Source: a bacterium (GTDB lineage: Bacteria; DUMJ01). From it: a stretch of 64,000 nucleotides of DNA. Positions 1 through 10,392 of the stretch are shown piece by piece (the stretch's first letter is position 1; each line of letters opens with the position of its first letter). The notes beneath the pieces were generated by a model. The model was not told where the DNA came from. It made no database searches and worked only from the letters and a program-made list of their open reading frames with translations. The stretch is taken from assembly GCA_049970495.1 (NCBI GenBank), contig JBMFMV010000001.1, forward strand, positions 45,425-109,424. Reading direction: 5' to 3'. The position numbers were made by a program, and so were the translations under genes.

Positions 1-513
1 GATGTTACTGGAGTAGTGGCAATGTATGCCCTCCAGCTTGCATCTGGAACTCCAAGCGCTATAGTTGATTGGAATAATAATTATGGTAATGACCCTAACA
101 AGGCGGTAGTATTCCACTGCAGTAATTATCCGAAGTCTTTCCTAAAAGACCCAAAGATAACATTCCAGGATATTATATCTGGAACAGTAGGTAAAGAGAA
201 TGCCTATGGCTCTTGTGCAGGTAGAATCCCCAGTGGACCAATGACATTTGCAAGAGTCTCCACCAACGATAGTGTAGGAATTATACAGGCTTACATAGGC
301 GAAGGGGAGTTTACTGATGACCCCCTTAATACATTTGGAGGATATGGGGTCGTATACGTAGAAAATCTGCAATCTTTACTAAAATTAATATGTCAGAGAG
401 GGTTTGAACACCATGTTGCCATGAATAGGTCTAAGACCGCTAGGGTCCTCTATGAAGCATTTTCTAATTACCTAGGATGGGACGTATATTGGCATAGAGG
501 AGAAGAAGAGTAG
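1..513 (+). CDS. L-fucose/L-arabinose isomerase family protein, C-terminal part (5' truncated by window edge)
   Basis: Frame open from base 1; FHCSN, GPMTFARVST and GFEHHVAM motifs typical of the FucI/AraA-like C-terminal domain. Confidence 0.8.
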   Translation, partial: DVTGVVAMYALQLASGTPSAIVDWNNNYGNDPNKAVVFHCSNYPKSFLKDPKITFQDIISGTVGKENAYGSCAGRIPSGPMTFARVSTNDSVGIIQAYIGEGEFTDDPLNTFGGYGVVYVENLQSLLKLICQRGFEHHVAMNRSKTARVLYEAFSNYLGWDVYWHRGEEE

Positions 514-518
514 ACTTT

Positions 519-550
519 ATAAGGGAAGGAGAAAATTCTCCTTCCCTTAT
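519..550 (+). terminator. Inverted-repeat hairpin after isomerase gene
   Basis: ATAAGGGAAGGAGAA-AA-TTCTCCTTCCCTTAT perfect inverted repeat; no strong U tract. Confidence 0.65.
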
Positions 551-551
551 C

Positions 552-580
552 TTGTAAGGCTAAGACATTTCTGGTAAAAT
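552..580 (+). promoter_or_regulatory. Sigma70-type promoter with extended -10 (probably leaderless transcript)
   Basis: TTGTAA(552-557)-17 bp-TAAAAT(575-580) preceded by TG; ATG at 587. Confidence 0.65.
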
Positions 581-586
581 CTCTAT

Positions 587-1480
587 ATGAAAAGAATAGT
601 TAGTATAAGCTTGGGTTCTAGTAAGAGAGACCATAAGGTCTCTTTGTCTATTTTAGGGGAAGAAGTAGTAATAGAAAGAATAGGTACAGACGGAGATATA
701 CAAAAAGCTATAGAAAAGGCAAAAGAGTTAGACGGTAAGGTCTCTGCCATAGGATTAGGAGGTATTGACCTTTATTTTATTATTGGTAATAAAAGATACG
801 TAGTAAGAGATGCCTTAAAGATAAAAAGAGTAATCCAAAAGACTCCGGTAGTAGACGGAAGTACAGTAAAAGATACATTAGAGAGGCAAACGGTAAAAAA
901 ACTGGACGAGCTAATACCTGGAGGGATTGAAGGTAAAAATGTTCTTCTGCCTTCAGCAGTTGATAGATTTGGTATGGCTGAAGTCTTTTACAATCTTGGG
1001 GCAAATATAGTCATAGGGGACCTTATGTTTGCACTTGGGATACCAATACCTATACATAGTATAAAAGTATTAAAATTCTTGGCTTATATACTGCTACCTA
1101 TACTTACTAAACTACCCTTCTATATGTTATACCCTGTAGGTGAAAAGCAAGAAGAGAATACCCCTAAATTTACTAAGTTCTTCCTATGGGCTGATATAAT
1201 AGCTGGAGATTTTATCTACATAAAAAAGTACATGCCAGAAAGATTAGACGGTAAAATTATCCTTACTAATACAGTTACACCAAAAGATAAAGAGCTATTA
1301 AGAGCAAGAGGGGTCAAGTATCTTATAACCACTACCCCTGAATTGGAGGGTAGATCTTTTGGAACTAATGTCTTAGAAGGATTCTTAATAGCTATGCAGG
1401 ATAAGAGGCTTCCTCAGGAGAGTGATGAGGAATTCTTAGAGAGAATAGGATTTAAACCAAGAATAGAGAGGTTGAATTGA
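587..1480 (+). CDS. Conserved protein of unknown function (family often auto-annotated 'quinate 5-dehydrogenase')
   Basis: MKRIVSISLGSSKRDH start, GLGGIDLY, TPVVDG and GRSFGTNV motifs recalled for this family. Confidence 0.7.
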   Translation: MKRIVSISLGSSKRDHKVSLSILGEEVVIERIGTDGDIQKAIEKAKELDGKVSAIGLGGIDLYFIIGNKRYVVRDALKIKRVIQKTPVVDGSTVKDTLERQTVKKLDELIPGGIEGKNVLLPSAVDRFGMAEVFYNLGANIVIGDLMFALGIPIPIHSIKVLKFLAYILLPILTKLPFYMLYPVGEKQEENTPKFTKFFLWADIIAGDFIYIKKYMPERLDGKIILTNTVTPKDKELLRARGVKYLITTTPELEGRSFGTNVLEGFLIAMQDKRLPQESDEEFLERIGFKPRIERLN

Positions 1481-1497
1481 TTCAAAGAGGTGATAAT

Positions 1498-1971
1498 GTG
1501 AAGGATAAAGAAATCTACCTTACTAAGGAGGGTTATGAAGCCCTTTTAAGAGAACTAGAAGACCTCAAAAAGAATAAGCGTAAAGAGGTGACCGAGAAGA
1601 TTAAAGAAGCCAAAGAATTTGGTGACCTCTCGGAAAATGCAGAATACACAGAGGCGAAGAATCAACAGGCTTTTGTAGAAGGAAGAATCCTTACCATAGA
1701 AAAGATACTTAGTAAGGCTAGGATAATAGAGGAAGATGGATACCCTGATAAGGTTTCCTTAGGCTCTAAAGTAAAGGTTTTAAACCTGACAGATAACTCT
1801 GTAGTAGAGTATCATATAGTGAGTTCTCCTGAAGTTAATGTTAGGGAGAATAAAATCTCTGATGAGTCTCCTGTAGGTAGGGCATTAATAGGCGCAGGGA
1901 TAGGAGATGTGATAAGAGTCAAAGTCCCTAAGGGAGAAGTCGAACTTAAAATCCTGGAGATAAGGAGGTAG
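1498..1971 (+). CDS. greA: Transcription elongation factor GreA
   Basis: GDLSENAEY motif, ISDESPVGRAL; GTG start after GAGGTGA. Confidence 0.95.
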   Translation: MKDKEIYLTKEGYEALLRELEDLKKNKRKEVTEKIKEAKEFGDLSENAEYTEAKNQQAFVEGRILTIEKILSKARIIEEDGYPDKVSLGSKVKVLNLTDNSVVEYHIVSSPEVNVRENKISDESPVGRALIGAGIGDVIRVKVPKGEVELKILEIRR

Positions 1972-1978
1972 AAACAGG

Positions 1979-3352
1979 GTGAGTTTTACTCCGACACACT
2001 CTATAGACGAATTAAAGAGTAAATTTGATGATGTACTTGAACAGACAGTAAGGGTGGCAGGAAGGATTACTGCGATAAGAAGACATGGGAGGTCAATGTT
2101 TTTAGATATAAGAAACATAAAAGATAGGATTCAACTTTATGGGAAGGCAGACGATCTTGGAGATTCTTACGAAGAACTTAAAGAATGTCACGTAGGTGAC
2201 TTTATCGGGGTAGAAGGGACTACATTTAAGACACATACAGGTGAGCCATCTATTAGGATATATAGGTTTTGGATTCTTACTAAAGCATTAAGGCCATTAC
2301 CAGAAAAGTGGCATGGGATAACGGATGTGGAGACTAGATATAGAAGAAGATACTTAGACCTTATAGCTAATGAAAATCCAAGAAGAATCTTTTTACTCCG
2401 ATCTAAGCTTGTAAAAGAGTTAAGAAATTTCTTAGATGCAAAAGGTTTTATAGAAGTTGAGACCCCTATCCTCCATACAGTTCCCGGTGGTGGATTTGCT
2501 CGTCCTTTTATTACTCATCATAATGCCTTAGACATAGACTTATACCTTAGGATAGCCCTAGAACTGTATTTAAAGAGGCTTATAGTTGGTGGATATGAAA
2601 AGGTCTATGAGATAAATAGATGTTTCAGGAATGAAGGTATCTCTACTGTGCACAATCCCGAATTTACTATGATGGAGTTATATCAGGCATATGCAGACTA
2701 CTATACAATGATGGACCTCACTGAAGAGCTAATTATACACCTAGCAAATACACTATTCGGTAAGCCTGTTATATATAAAGATACCGAGGAAATAGATATA
2801 TCTTCACCTTGGGAAAGGAAAGAACTCCTAGATATAGTTATTGAGCATACTGGAATAAATCCGTTGACACTAACTAAAGAAGAGCTTCTAGAATATGCCA
2901 ATAAGCTAGAGATAAAAGTGACTACTGAGGAGAGTCTCTGGGCTAAAGTCCTTATGGAGCTCTTTGAGGAAGAGGTTCAGCCAAAGTTAAAAAAGCCGAC
3001 ATTTATCACTGGTTATCCTGTAGCTATCTCTCCACTTGCAAAAGCCAGAGAAAATGATCCTAGATTCACAGATAGGTTTGAATTGTTTATAGGGGGACTA
3101 GAAATTGCTAATGCGTTCTCTGAACTAAATGACCCTATAGAACAGAGGAAAAGGTTTGAGGACCAGTTAAGAGAAAAGATGATGGGAGAAGAGGAGACCC
3201 ATCCTATGGATGAAGACTTCTTAGAAGCTTTAGAGTATGGTATGCCCCCTACCGGAGGTTTAGGTATAGGGATAGATAGGCTTACTATGCTCTTTGCAAA
3301 TGTAAACTCTATAAGAGAGGTGATACTGTTTCCTCTACAGAGGCCAGAATGA
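1979..3352 (+). CDS. lysS: Lysine--tRNA ligase (class II)
   Basis: LPEKWHG, FRNEGISTVHNPEF, YGMPPTGGLGIGIDRL. Confidence 0.97.
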   Translation: MSFTPTHSIDELKSKFDDVLEQTVRVAGRITAIRRHGRSMFLDIRNIKDRIQLYGKADDLGDSYEELKECHVGDFIGVEGTTFKTHTGEPSIRIYRFWILTKALRPLPEKWHGITDVETRYRRRYLDLIANENPRRIFLLRSKLVKELRNFLDAKGFIEVETPILHTVPGGGFARPFITHHNALDIDLYLRIALELYLKRLIVGGYEKVYEINRCFRNEGISTVHNPEFTMMELYQAYADYYTMMDLTEELIIHLANTLFGKPVIYKDTEEIDISSPWERKELLDIVIEHTGINPLTLTKEELLEYANKLEIKVTTEESLWAKVLMELFEEEVQPKLKKPTFITGYPVAISPLAKARENDPRFTDRFELFIGGLEIANAFSELNDPIEQRKRFEDQLREKMMGEEETHPMDEDFLEALEYGMPPTGGLGIGIDRLTMLFANVNSIREVILFPLQRPE

Positions 3353-4716
3353 GTAAGCCTAGTAGAGTCTATAGATGTACAGAGTGCGGTTATACAACCT
3401 CTCATTGGCTTGGTAGATGTCCAAACTGTGATTCATGGAATACGCTAGAAGAGGTTATACTAGAAAAGGGGATGGAAAAGACCAAATCGAGAAGCACCCC
3501 TACAAAAGCCCTAAGTCTCAACGAGATAAAGGCTAAGTCCATAGAGAGGATTACTACCGATTATCCTGAGACTGATAGACTTTTAGGAGGTGGAGTAGTC
3601 CCCGGTTCTGTCCTTTTGATAGGGGGAGAGCCAGGAATAGGGAAGTCTACCCTTATGCTCCAGCTGTCAGAATCCTTCTCAAAAAAGGGGCTAAGGGTTT
3701 TATATAACTGCGCAGAAGAGTCTGTTTATCAGATAGGTTTAAGGGCTAGTAGATTGAATATCAAAGGGGAAAACATTAGGATAATAAGCGAGGTTAGTCT
3801 AGATAATGCAATAGCTACTTATGAAGAGGTTAAACCAGATATATTTATTATAGATTCTATTCAGGCGGTAAAAGATGAGTCTTTGCCTACTCAACCTGGA
3901 ACAGTAACACAAATAAAGCTATGCACCTCTAAGATTATTGACCTAGCTAAAAGGGATAATAGTGTAGCCTTTATAACAGGACATGTTACAAAGGAAGGGA
4001 TATTAGCAGGTCCTAAGACCCTAGAACATATGGTCGATGGAGTTTTCTATTTCGAAGGCGATAGGGACGGAATGGTAAGACTCTTACGTGCAGTCAAGAA
4101 TAGGTATGGGGATACAAATGAGGTAGCTTTTATGGAAATGACCCCTGAAGGACTCAAAGAGATGACAAACCCTTCGCTATTCTTTGTTAGGGAAGGGCTG
4201 GGTTTAACTCCAGGTGCCACTATAGGTGTGATAATGGAAGGAACAAGGCCTATACTAGTAGAAGTTCAGGCTCTAGTGGCTCGTTCAGTGTATGCAGTTC
4301 CAAGAAGGGTTGTCCAAGGTATAGATTTTAATAGGTTTTCTTTTATACTGGCTGTTCTAGAAAAACTTTTACAGTTACCACTTTTCAATAAGGATGTATT
4401 TTTAAATATACCCGGAGGAGTTACGGTAAAGGACCCTGCCATAGACCTACCAGTAGCCCTAGCAGTTATATCTAGTACTTTAGAGGTTCCACTAACTTCT
4501 GAGTTATTTAGCTTTGGAGAGATAGGACTTACTGGTGAGATAAGACAGGTAATGTGGTATGAAAAAAGGGTAGAGATAGCACTGAGATTAGGGTATAGTG
4601 AAGGATTTGTCCCGCTAAAAAAGAAAGAAGACAGTTCTGGTGTGAGAGGAGTAAGAACCTTAAAGGAGGTGTATGACTTAGTAAGAGATGCCAGAATCCA
4701 CGCTAGACTTATATAG
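3349..4716 (+). CDS. radA: DNA repair protein RadA/Sms
   Basis: C4 zinc finger, GGEPGIGKST Walker A, KNRYG motif, Lon-like C-terminus. Confidence 0.97.
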   Translation: MSKPSRVYRCTECGYTTSHWLGRCPNCDSWNTLEEVILEKGMEKTKSRSTPTKALSLNEIKAKSIERITTDYPETDRLLGGGVVPGSVLLIGGEPGIGKSTLMLQLSESFSKKGLRVLYNCAEESVYQIGLRASRLNIKGENIRIISEVSLDNAIATYEEVKPDIFIIDSIQAVKDESLPTQPGTVTQIKLCTSKIIDLAKRDNSVAFITGHVTKEGILAGPKTLEHMVDGVFYFEGDRDGMVRLLRAVKNRYGDTNEVAFMEMTPEGLKEMTNPSLFFVREGLGLTPGATIGVIMEGTRPILVEVQALVARSVYAVPRRVVQGIDFNRFSFILAVLEKLLQLPLFNKDVFLNIPGGVTVKDPAIDLPVALAVISSTLEVPLTSELFSFGEIGLTGEIRQVMWYEKRVEIALRLGYSEGFVPLKKKEDSSGVRGVRTLKEVYDLVRDARIHARLI

Positions 4717-5785
4717 TGCACTAAAACTTACCGCTCCGGGAACTCCTCTAAGAGAAGGTTTAGATAGGATATTAAGCGCAAAAATGGGAGCCCTTATAGT
4801 AGTTGGTGGAAAATTAGAAGTCCTTAATAGTATTATGAGTGGCGGTTTTACTTTAAACTGTGACTTTACACCAGAATCTCTCTATGAGCTGGCTAAAATG
4901 GATGGAGCTATAGTAATCTCTGAAGACCTAAAAAAGATACTATATGCTAATGTTCAACTATCTCCAGATGTCTCTATCCCCACCACTGAACCTGGGACTA
5001 GACATAGAACAGCAGAAAGGACCGCTAAACAGGTTGGTTCTTTAGTCATAGCAATCTCAGAAAGAAGGGAGATAATATCTCTCTATATTGGAAATATAAG
5101 ATATATTCTTCAAGATATAAGAAACCTGTTAGTTAAAGCTAACCAAGGGTTACAAGTCTTAGAGAGATATAGACTCATATTAGATCAAGCAATGTCTAAT
5201 CTTACCACACTAGAACTTGAAGATAGTGTCACCTTCCTTGATGTGCTTTGGAGTTTATATCGAATTGAGATGGTCCTTCGTATAGCTCAAGAGATAGAAA
5301 GATACGTAATAGAGTTAGGAGTTGAAGGAAGACTAGTCAGGATGCAGCTAGATGAGCTTATTGGAGGAGTAAATGAAGAGGAGATTCTCCTTATTAAGGA
5401 CTACATAAGAGAGGGGCTAAATCCTGAGAGCATCAAAGAAGAGATAAGAAAGAAAAATCTAAATGAAATACTAAATACAAGTATAATGTCGAATATACTA
5501 GGTATATCCGATTCTATAACCTTTACAGATATAAATCTTAGGTGTAGAGGCTATAGAATCTTAAGTTATATAGCGCGTCTTCCTTCGTCTGTTATAGAGA
5601 ATCTAATAAATTATTTTGGTAATCTACAAAATATCCTTAAGGCTGATATACCTCAGTTAGATGAGGTAGAAGGGATAGGGGAAATAAGAGCTAAAAACAT
5701 AAAGGATGGTTTAAGAAGAATTAGAGAACAGAGTAGCAGAGGGATTCCTCCTCTCAGACTAGGAGACCTAGGGAGAGCCAGGTGA
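4688..5785 (+). CDS. disA: DNA integrity scanning diadenylate cyclase DisA
   Basis: APGTPLREG, DGA and RHR DAC motifs, C-terminal HhH (EVEGIG); follows radA. Confidence 0.95.
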   Translation: MPESTLDLYSALKLTAPGTPLREGLDRILSAKMGALIVVGGKLEVLNSIMSGGFTLNCDFTPESLYELAKMDGAIVISEDLKKILYANVQLSPDVSIPTTEPGTRHRTAERTAKQVGSLVIAISERREIISLYIGNIRYILQDIRNLLVKANQGLQVLERYRLILDQAMSNLTTLELEDSVTFLDVLWSLYRIEMVLRIAQEIERYVIELGVEGRLVRMQLDELIGGVNEEEILLIKDYIREGLNPESIKEEIRKKNLNEILNTSIMSNILGISDSITFTDINLRCRGYRILSYIARLPSSVIENLINYFGNLQNILKADIPQLDEVEGIGEIRAKNIKDGLRRIREQSSRGIPPLRLGDLGRAR

Positions 5786-6462
5786 ATATAGGAGTAATTG
5801 TAGCATCTGCTGGTCAGTCAAAAAGATTGGGCCATAATAAGGTATTAATGGAGTTAAGGGGTAAACCTGTATTACTTTTTTCCTTAGAGAAATTTATCAA
5901 ACTTAGTTCGCTTTCAGAGTTGGTTATAGTTATAAGACCACAAGATGAAGAAGATGTAAGGAATATACTTTCTAAAGCCGGTATTAGTGAGTCTATAGTA
6001 AAGATAATCCATGGAGGAAAAGAAAGACAGGATTCAGTATATAGGGGACTTATGGCACTCACATCTTCAGATATAGTAATGGTCCATGATGGGGCAAGAC
6101 CATTTATAAGTTATGAGTTAATTGTCAAACTCATAGAAGAGGTAGAGATACATCCGGCAGTTATCCCTGCACTACCAGTTAAGGAGACAATCAAGGTAGT
6201 AAAAGATGGTTATGTAGAGTCTACACTGAAAAGAGAATTGCTCTGGAGTGTTCAGACCCCCCAGGTATTTAGATATAAGATTCTACTTGAGGCGTATGAG
6301 AAGGCGTATCAGGATAAGTTCTATGGTACAGATGATGCCTCTCTAGTAGAAAGATTAGGATATAAGATCAGGGTAATTGAAGGAGAGTACACAAATCTAA
6401 AGATAACCACTAAAGAAGACCTACTTTTAGCTCATAGATATCTTGAGCTATTAGGTATATGA
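5782..6462 (+). CDS. ispD: 2-C-methyl-D-erythritol 4-phosphate cytidylyltransferase
   Basis: GGKERQDSV, VHDGARP, VQTPQ, TDDASL, NLKITT. Confidence 0.95.
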   Translation: MNIGVIVASAGQSKRLGHNKVLMELRGKPVLLFSLEKFIKLSSLSELVIVIRPQDEEDVRNILSKAGISESIVKIIHGGKERQDSVYRGLMALTSSDIVMVHDGARPFISYELIVKLIEEVEIHPAVIPALPVKETIKVVKDGYVESTLKRELLWSVQTPQVFRYKILLEAYEKAYQDKFYGTDDASLVERLGYKIRVIEGEYTNLKITTKEDLLLAHRYLELLGI

Positions 6463-6932
6463 GAATAGGGATAGGTTATGATGTCCATCCGATAGTAAAT
6501 GGTAGGAAACTCTTTCTTGGAGGTATTGAGATCCCTTGTGATTTTGGCCTCTATGGGCACTCAGATGCAGATGTTCTGATCCATGCAATATCTGATGCTA
6601 TCTTAGGTGCAGCCGGTCTACCTGATATAGGCTTCTTTTTTCCAAATACTCCAGAGTATAAAGACATATCTAGTTGTGTTATACTAGAAAAGGTAAAGGA
6701 AAAGATAGATAAAGATTATACTATAGTAAACATAGACAGTATAATCATAGCAGAAAAACCAAAGATAGGCCCATACGTTGATATTATGAAAGAGAGATTA
6801 GCCAGCATCTTAAAGATAAACCCAGGTTCTATCGGAATAAAAGCAACTACTAATGAAAGACTCGGCTTTGTAGGTAGGGAAGAAGGGATAGTAGCGATTG
6901 CTGTAGTATTATTAGACGAAAGGAGGACTTGA
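6459..6932 (+). CDS. ispF: 2-C-methyl-D-erythritol 2,4-cyclodiphosphate synthase
   Basis: MRIGIGYDVH, GHSDADV, KATTNERLGF. Confidence 0.96.
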   Translation: MRIGIGYDVHPIVNGRKLFLGGIEIPCDFGLYGHSDADVLIHAISDAILGAAGLPDIGFFFPNTPEYKDISSCVILEKVKEKIDKDYTIVNIDSIIIAEKPKIGPYVDIMKERLASILKINPGSIGIKATTNERLGFVGREEGIVAIAVVLLDERRT

Positions 6933-8332
6933 TGAGTGTAAGGGTCAGATTTGCACCTAGCCCTAGTGGAAGTTTACATATAGGAAATGTAAGAACTGCT
7001 CTTTTTAATTGGCTATTTGCTAGAAAAAATGGAGGAACATTCATACTACGAATAGAAGATACAGATGTAGAGCGCACTTATCAATCTGCTTATCAGGGTA
7101 TCTTAGAGGATCTCTTGTGGTTGGGACTAAACTGGGATGAAGGACCTTATAAACAGAGTGAAAGGCTTGATATATATAAAAGTTATGCCCTCAAGTTTTT
7201 AGAGGAAGGGCTAGCATATAAATGTTTCTGCTCCGCAGAGGAGTTAGAGAGAGAAAGAGAGGAGGCTATAAAAGAAGGTAGACCTCCTCGTTATAGTGGG
7301 AGGTGTGCCAATCTTTCCCTTAAAGAGGTTTCTGAATTAGAGGCAAAAGGTATTCCATATTCTATAAGATTTAGAATTCCAAAAGACGCTTACTTTGTAG
7401 TTGATGATATTATAAGAGGTAGAATAGAATTTGATGTAAATGCCATAACGGGAGATTTTATCATACTTCGTTCTGACGGGATGCCTACTTATAACTTTGC
7501 AGTAGTTATAGACGATTACCTTATGGATATTACACATGTAATAAGGGGTGAAGACCATCTCTCTAATACACCTAGACAGTTACTTATCTATAAAGCTCTA
7601 GGGGTTAATCCTCCTAGATTTGCACATCTACCTATGATTGTTGGGAGTGACCGATCCAAACTTTCAAAAAGAGAAGGGGCGCTTTCTGTAAAAGAGCTAA
7701 GAGAACAGGGCTTCTTGCCTGAAGGTGTGGTAAACTATTTAGCATTATTAGGGTGGAGTCCAAAGGGAGATGAGATAAAGACATTAGACAAACTTGTAGA
7801 AGAATTTTCTCTAGAGGAAGTCTCTCCAAGCCCATCTGCATATGATCCTGCCAAGTTAAGGTGGATAAACAGACAACATATCATAAGGCTTAATGGGGAA
7901 AGACTTTTAGAGTATGTAAGACCCTTCTTAAATGGGATAGGTGATTATCCAAAGGATTGGTTATTAAAAGCTATTCTCTCCATAAGAGAGTATGCAGAGA
8001 CACTTAGAGAAATACCAGAGTATCTCAAAAAGTACTATCTTAGTGATGTCTCTCTAAATGAGAGCCATAAAGAAGAGTTAGCCTTAGGAAAGAAGGGTAT
8101 AGAAGTATTCTTGAATCTATTAAAAGAGACCGAAGATCTAAATACCATAGATAGTATATTTAAAGAGGCAATTAAGATATCAGGACTTAAGGGAAGAAAA
8201 TTCTATCATCCCATAAGATTAGCACTCACTGGTTATGAATCTGGACCGGAACTGGTGGAATTTATCCCAATACTTGGTAAAGATAAATGTATAGAGAGAT
8301 TAGAAAAAGCCTTAAGATTTCTGGAGGAGTAA
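6932..8332 (+). CDS. gltX: Glutamate--tRNA ligase
   Basis: RFAPSPSG, HIGN, LRIEDTD, KLSKR. Confidence 0.96.
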   Translation: MSVRVRFAPSPSGSLHIGNVRTALFNWLFARKNGGTFILRIEDTDVERTYQSAYQGILEDLLWLGLNWDEGPYKQSERLDIYKSYALKFLEEGLAYKCFCSAEELEREREEAIKEGRPPRYSGRCANLSLKEVSELEAKGIPYSIRFRIPKDAYFVVDDIIRGRIEFDVNAITGDFIILRSDGMPTYNFAVVIDDYLMDITHVIRGEDHLSNTPRQLLIYKALGVNPPRFAHLPMIVGSDRSKLSKREGALSVKELREQGFLPEGVVNYLALLGWSPKGDEIKTLDKLVEEFSLEEVSPSPSAYDPAKLRWINRQHIIRLNGERLLEYVRPFLNGIGDYPKDWLLKAILSIREYAETLREIPEYLKKYYLSDVSLNESHKEELALGKKGIEVFLNLLKETEDLNTIDSIFKEAIKISGLKGRKFYHPIRLALTGYESGPELVEFIPILGKDKCIERLEKALRFLEE

Positions 8333-8333
8333 A

Positions 8334-9716
8334 TTGAGATTATATAATACATTAACCAGAAATGAAGACGAATTTCTGCCTAAGAAACACAATATGGTGA
8401 GGATGTATGTATGTGGGGTAACACCTTATGACTACTGCCATATAGGTCATGGGAGGTCTTATCTAGTATACGATATTCTGTATAGATTCTTAGAATCAGA
8501 AGGATTTAAAGTCCTCTGGGTACAGAACTTTACCGATATAGATGATAAGATAATAAATAGGGCGAATGAACTAGGTATATCTCCGAAAGAGCTAGCTGAC
8601 AGATTTATCTCTGAATATTTTACAGATATGGATATGTTTGGTATAAGTAGGGCGTTTATATATCCCAGAGTTACAGAACATATTGAAGAGATTATCGAGT
8701 TTATAGGAAAGATTATAGAGAAGGGATACGCGTATGAATCAGAAGGTGATGTATATTTCTCCGTGAAAAGTTATTCTCACTATGGAAAACTCTCCAGACG
8801 CTCTTTAGAAGAGATGATAGCAGGAGCTAGAGTAGACCCTAGTGAAAAAAAGAGAGACCCATTGGACTTTGCCCTCTGGAAATCGGCAAAACCTGGAGAA
8901 CCTTATTGGGAAAGTCCTTGGGGTAAGGGAAGGCCAGGATGGCATATAGAATGCTCTGTTATGTCTCTTTTATACTTGGGAGAGGAGATAGACATCCACG
9001 GAGGAGGAGCAGACCTTATATTCCCGCACCATGAGAATGAAAAGGCTCAGGCAGAAGCGGTTATAGGTGATGGAAAATTTGTCAGGTTCTGGATACATAA
9101 TGGGCTGGTAAATCTAAAATCAGAGAAGATGTCTAAATCAACTGGAAACTTTATAATCTTAAGAGAAGTATTAAGCTCTTATAAGCCTGAAGTCCTTAGG
9201 CTATATCTTCTACAGACTCATTATAGAAGCCCACTAGACTTTGACCCACAAGCCCTTGAGGATACAGAAAGGGCTTACTCAAGGATAGAAGATACTATAA
9301 AGCTCTTAGCTCATATACCGGATCCGCCATCATCCCCTTATGATCAGGCATTCTTTGATTTTAGAAATGCCCTCTCTAATGACCTTAATACACCCCAAGC
9401 TATTGGGGTTCTCTTCTCTTACCTAAGAGAGAATAGACCTATATTAGATAAAGGGACATGGGATCCAATATTACCAGTATTTAAGTTTAATCTAATCAAG
9501 ATGTGCAAGATACTTGGATTTAAAATCCCAGAATTGACCAAAACCTTGTTTGATGTCGAAAAGCTTAGAGAAGTAATGGAGGTTATAATAAAGATAAGGG
9601 ATAAACTTAGGCAGGAGAAGAGATTTGATCTTAGTGATGAAATTAGGAATAGTCTAAACAATATAGGTATCGTACTAGAAGATACAAAGGAAGGTACTAG
9701 ATGGAAGATGAATTAA
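8334..9716 (+). CDS. cysS: Cysteine--tRNA ligase
   Basis: [26 protein letters not shown]. Confidence 0.97.
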   Translation: MRLYNTLTRNEDEFLPKKHNMVRMYVCGVTPYDYCHIGHGRSYLVYDILYRFLESEGFKVLWVQNFTDIDDKIINRANELGISPKELADRFISEYFTDMDMFGISRAFIYPRVTEHIEEIIEFIGKIIEKGYAYESEGDVYFSVKSYSHYGKLSRRSLEEMIAGARVDPSEKKRDPLDFALWKSAKPGEPYWESPWGKGRPGWHIECSVMSLLYLGEEIDIHGGGADLIFPHHENEKAQAEAVIGDGKFVRFWIHNGLVNLKSEKMSKSTGNFIILREVLSSYKPEVLRLYLLQTHYRSPLDFDPQALEDTERAYSRIEDTIKLLAHIPDPPSSPYDQAFFDFRNALSNDLNTPQAIGVLFSYLRENRPILDKGTWDPILPVFKFNLIKMCKILGFKIPELTKTLFDVEKLREVMEVIIKIRDKLRQEKRFDLSDEIRNSLNNIGIVLEDTKEGTRWKMN

Positions 9717-10390
9717 AGATAGAGGGGAAGAATGCTGTAACAGAGGCTTTGAAATCTGGTATCAGTATTCAAAAGATACAGATAGATAAAAGGCTAGTTC
9801 CAAGATATGGAGATATTATTTCTCATGCCAAACAGATGAGGATACCTGTTCAAGAGGTCCCATCATTGAAAGCCAAACAGGGTATATTGGCATATGTATT
9901 CCCTGTAGAACCAAAAGATATAGACTATTTTTTTGACAAACATTTTGTTGTTCTAGCTGATGGGGTTGAAGATCCTCATAATCTTGGAGCAATAATGAGA
10001 ACAGCAGAGTGTGCAGGGGTTGATGGGATAGTTCTCCCTAAGCATCGCTCGGCTATAATCTCTGAAGGTCTTATAAGTTCTTCTGCAGGTGCTGTATTTC
10101 ATCTTCCTTTTGCAGTTGTCACCAATACTGCACAGGCGGTAGACAAATTTATAGAGAGAGGCTTCTTTATATTGGGAGCAGACGCAAGTGGAGAACCATT
10201 CTTTAGTATAGAGATTCGCTTTCCTCTACTTTTGATAATTGGGGGAGAGGACAAAGGACTTAGACCTATAATGAAGAGAAGGTGTGATAAGCTTATTGGG
10301 ATTCCTATGTTGGGCAAGATAACATCGCTTAATACATCGGTATCCGCTGGAATTATCATATATGAGATAAAAAGTAGGGATTGGAGGTGA
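9701..10390 (+). CDS. rlmB: 23S rRNA (guanosine-2'-O)-methyltransferase RlmB / TrmH family
   Basis: DPHNLGAIMRTA, GGEDKGLR, IPMLGKITSLN SPOUT motifs; canonical position after cysS. Confidence 0.88.
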   Translation: MEDELKIEGKNAVTEALKSGISIQKIQIDKRLVPRYGDIISHAKQMRIPVQEVPSLKAKQGILAYVFPVEPKDIDYFFDKHFVVLADGVEDPHNLGAIMRTAECAGVDGIVLPKHRSAIISEGLISSSAGAVFHLPFAVVTNTAQAVDKFIERGFFILGADASGEPFFSIEIRFPLLLIIGGEDKGLRPIMKRRCDKLIGIPMLGKITSLNTSVSAGIIIYEIKSRDWR

Positions 10391-10392
10391 TT

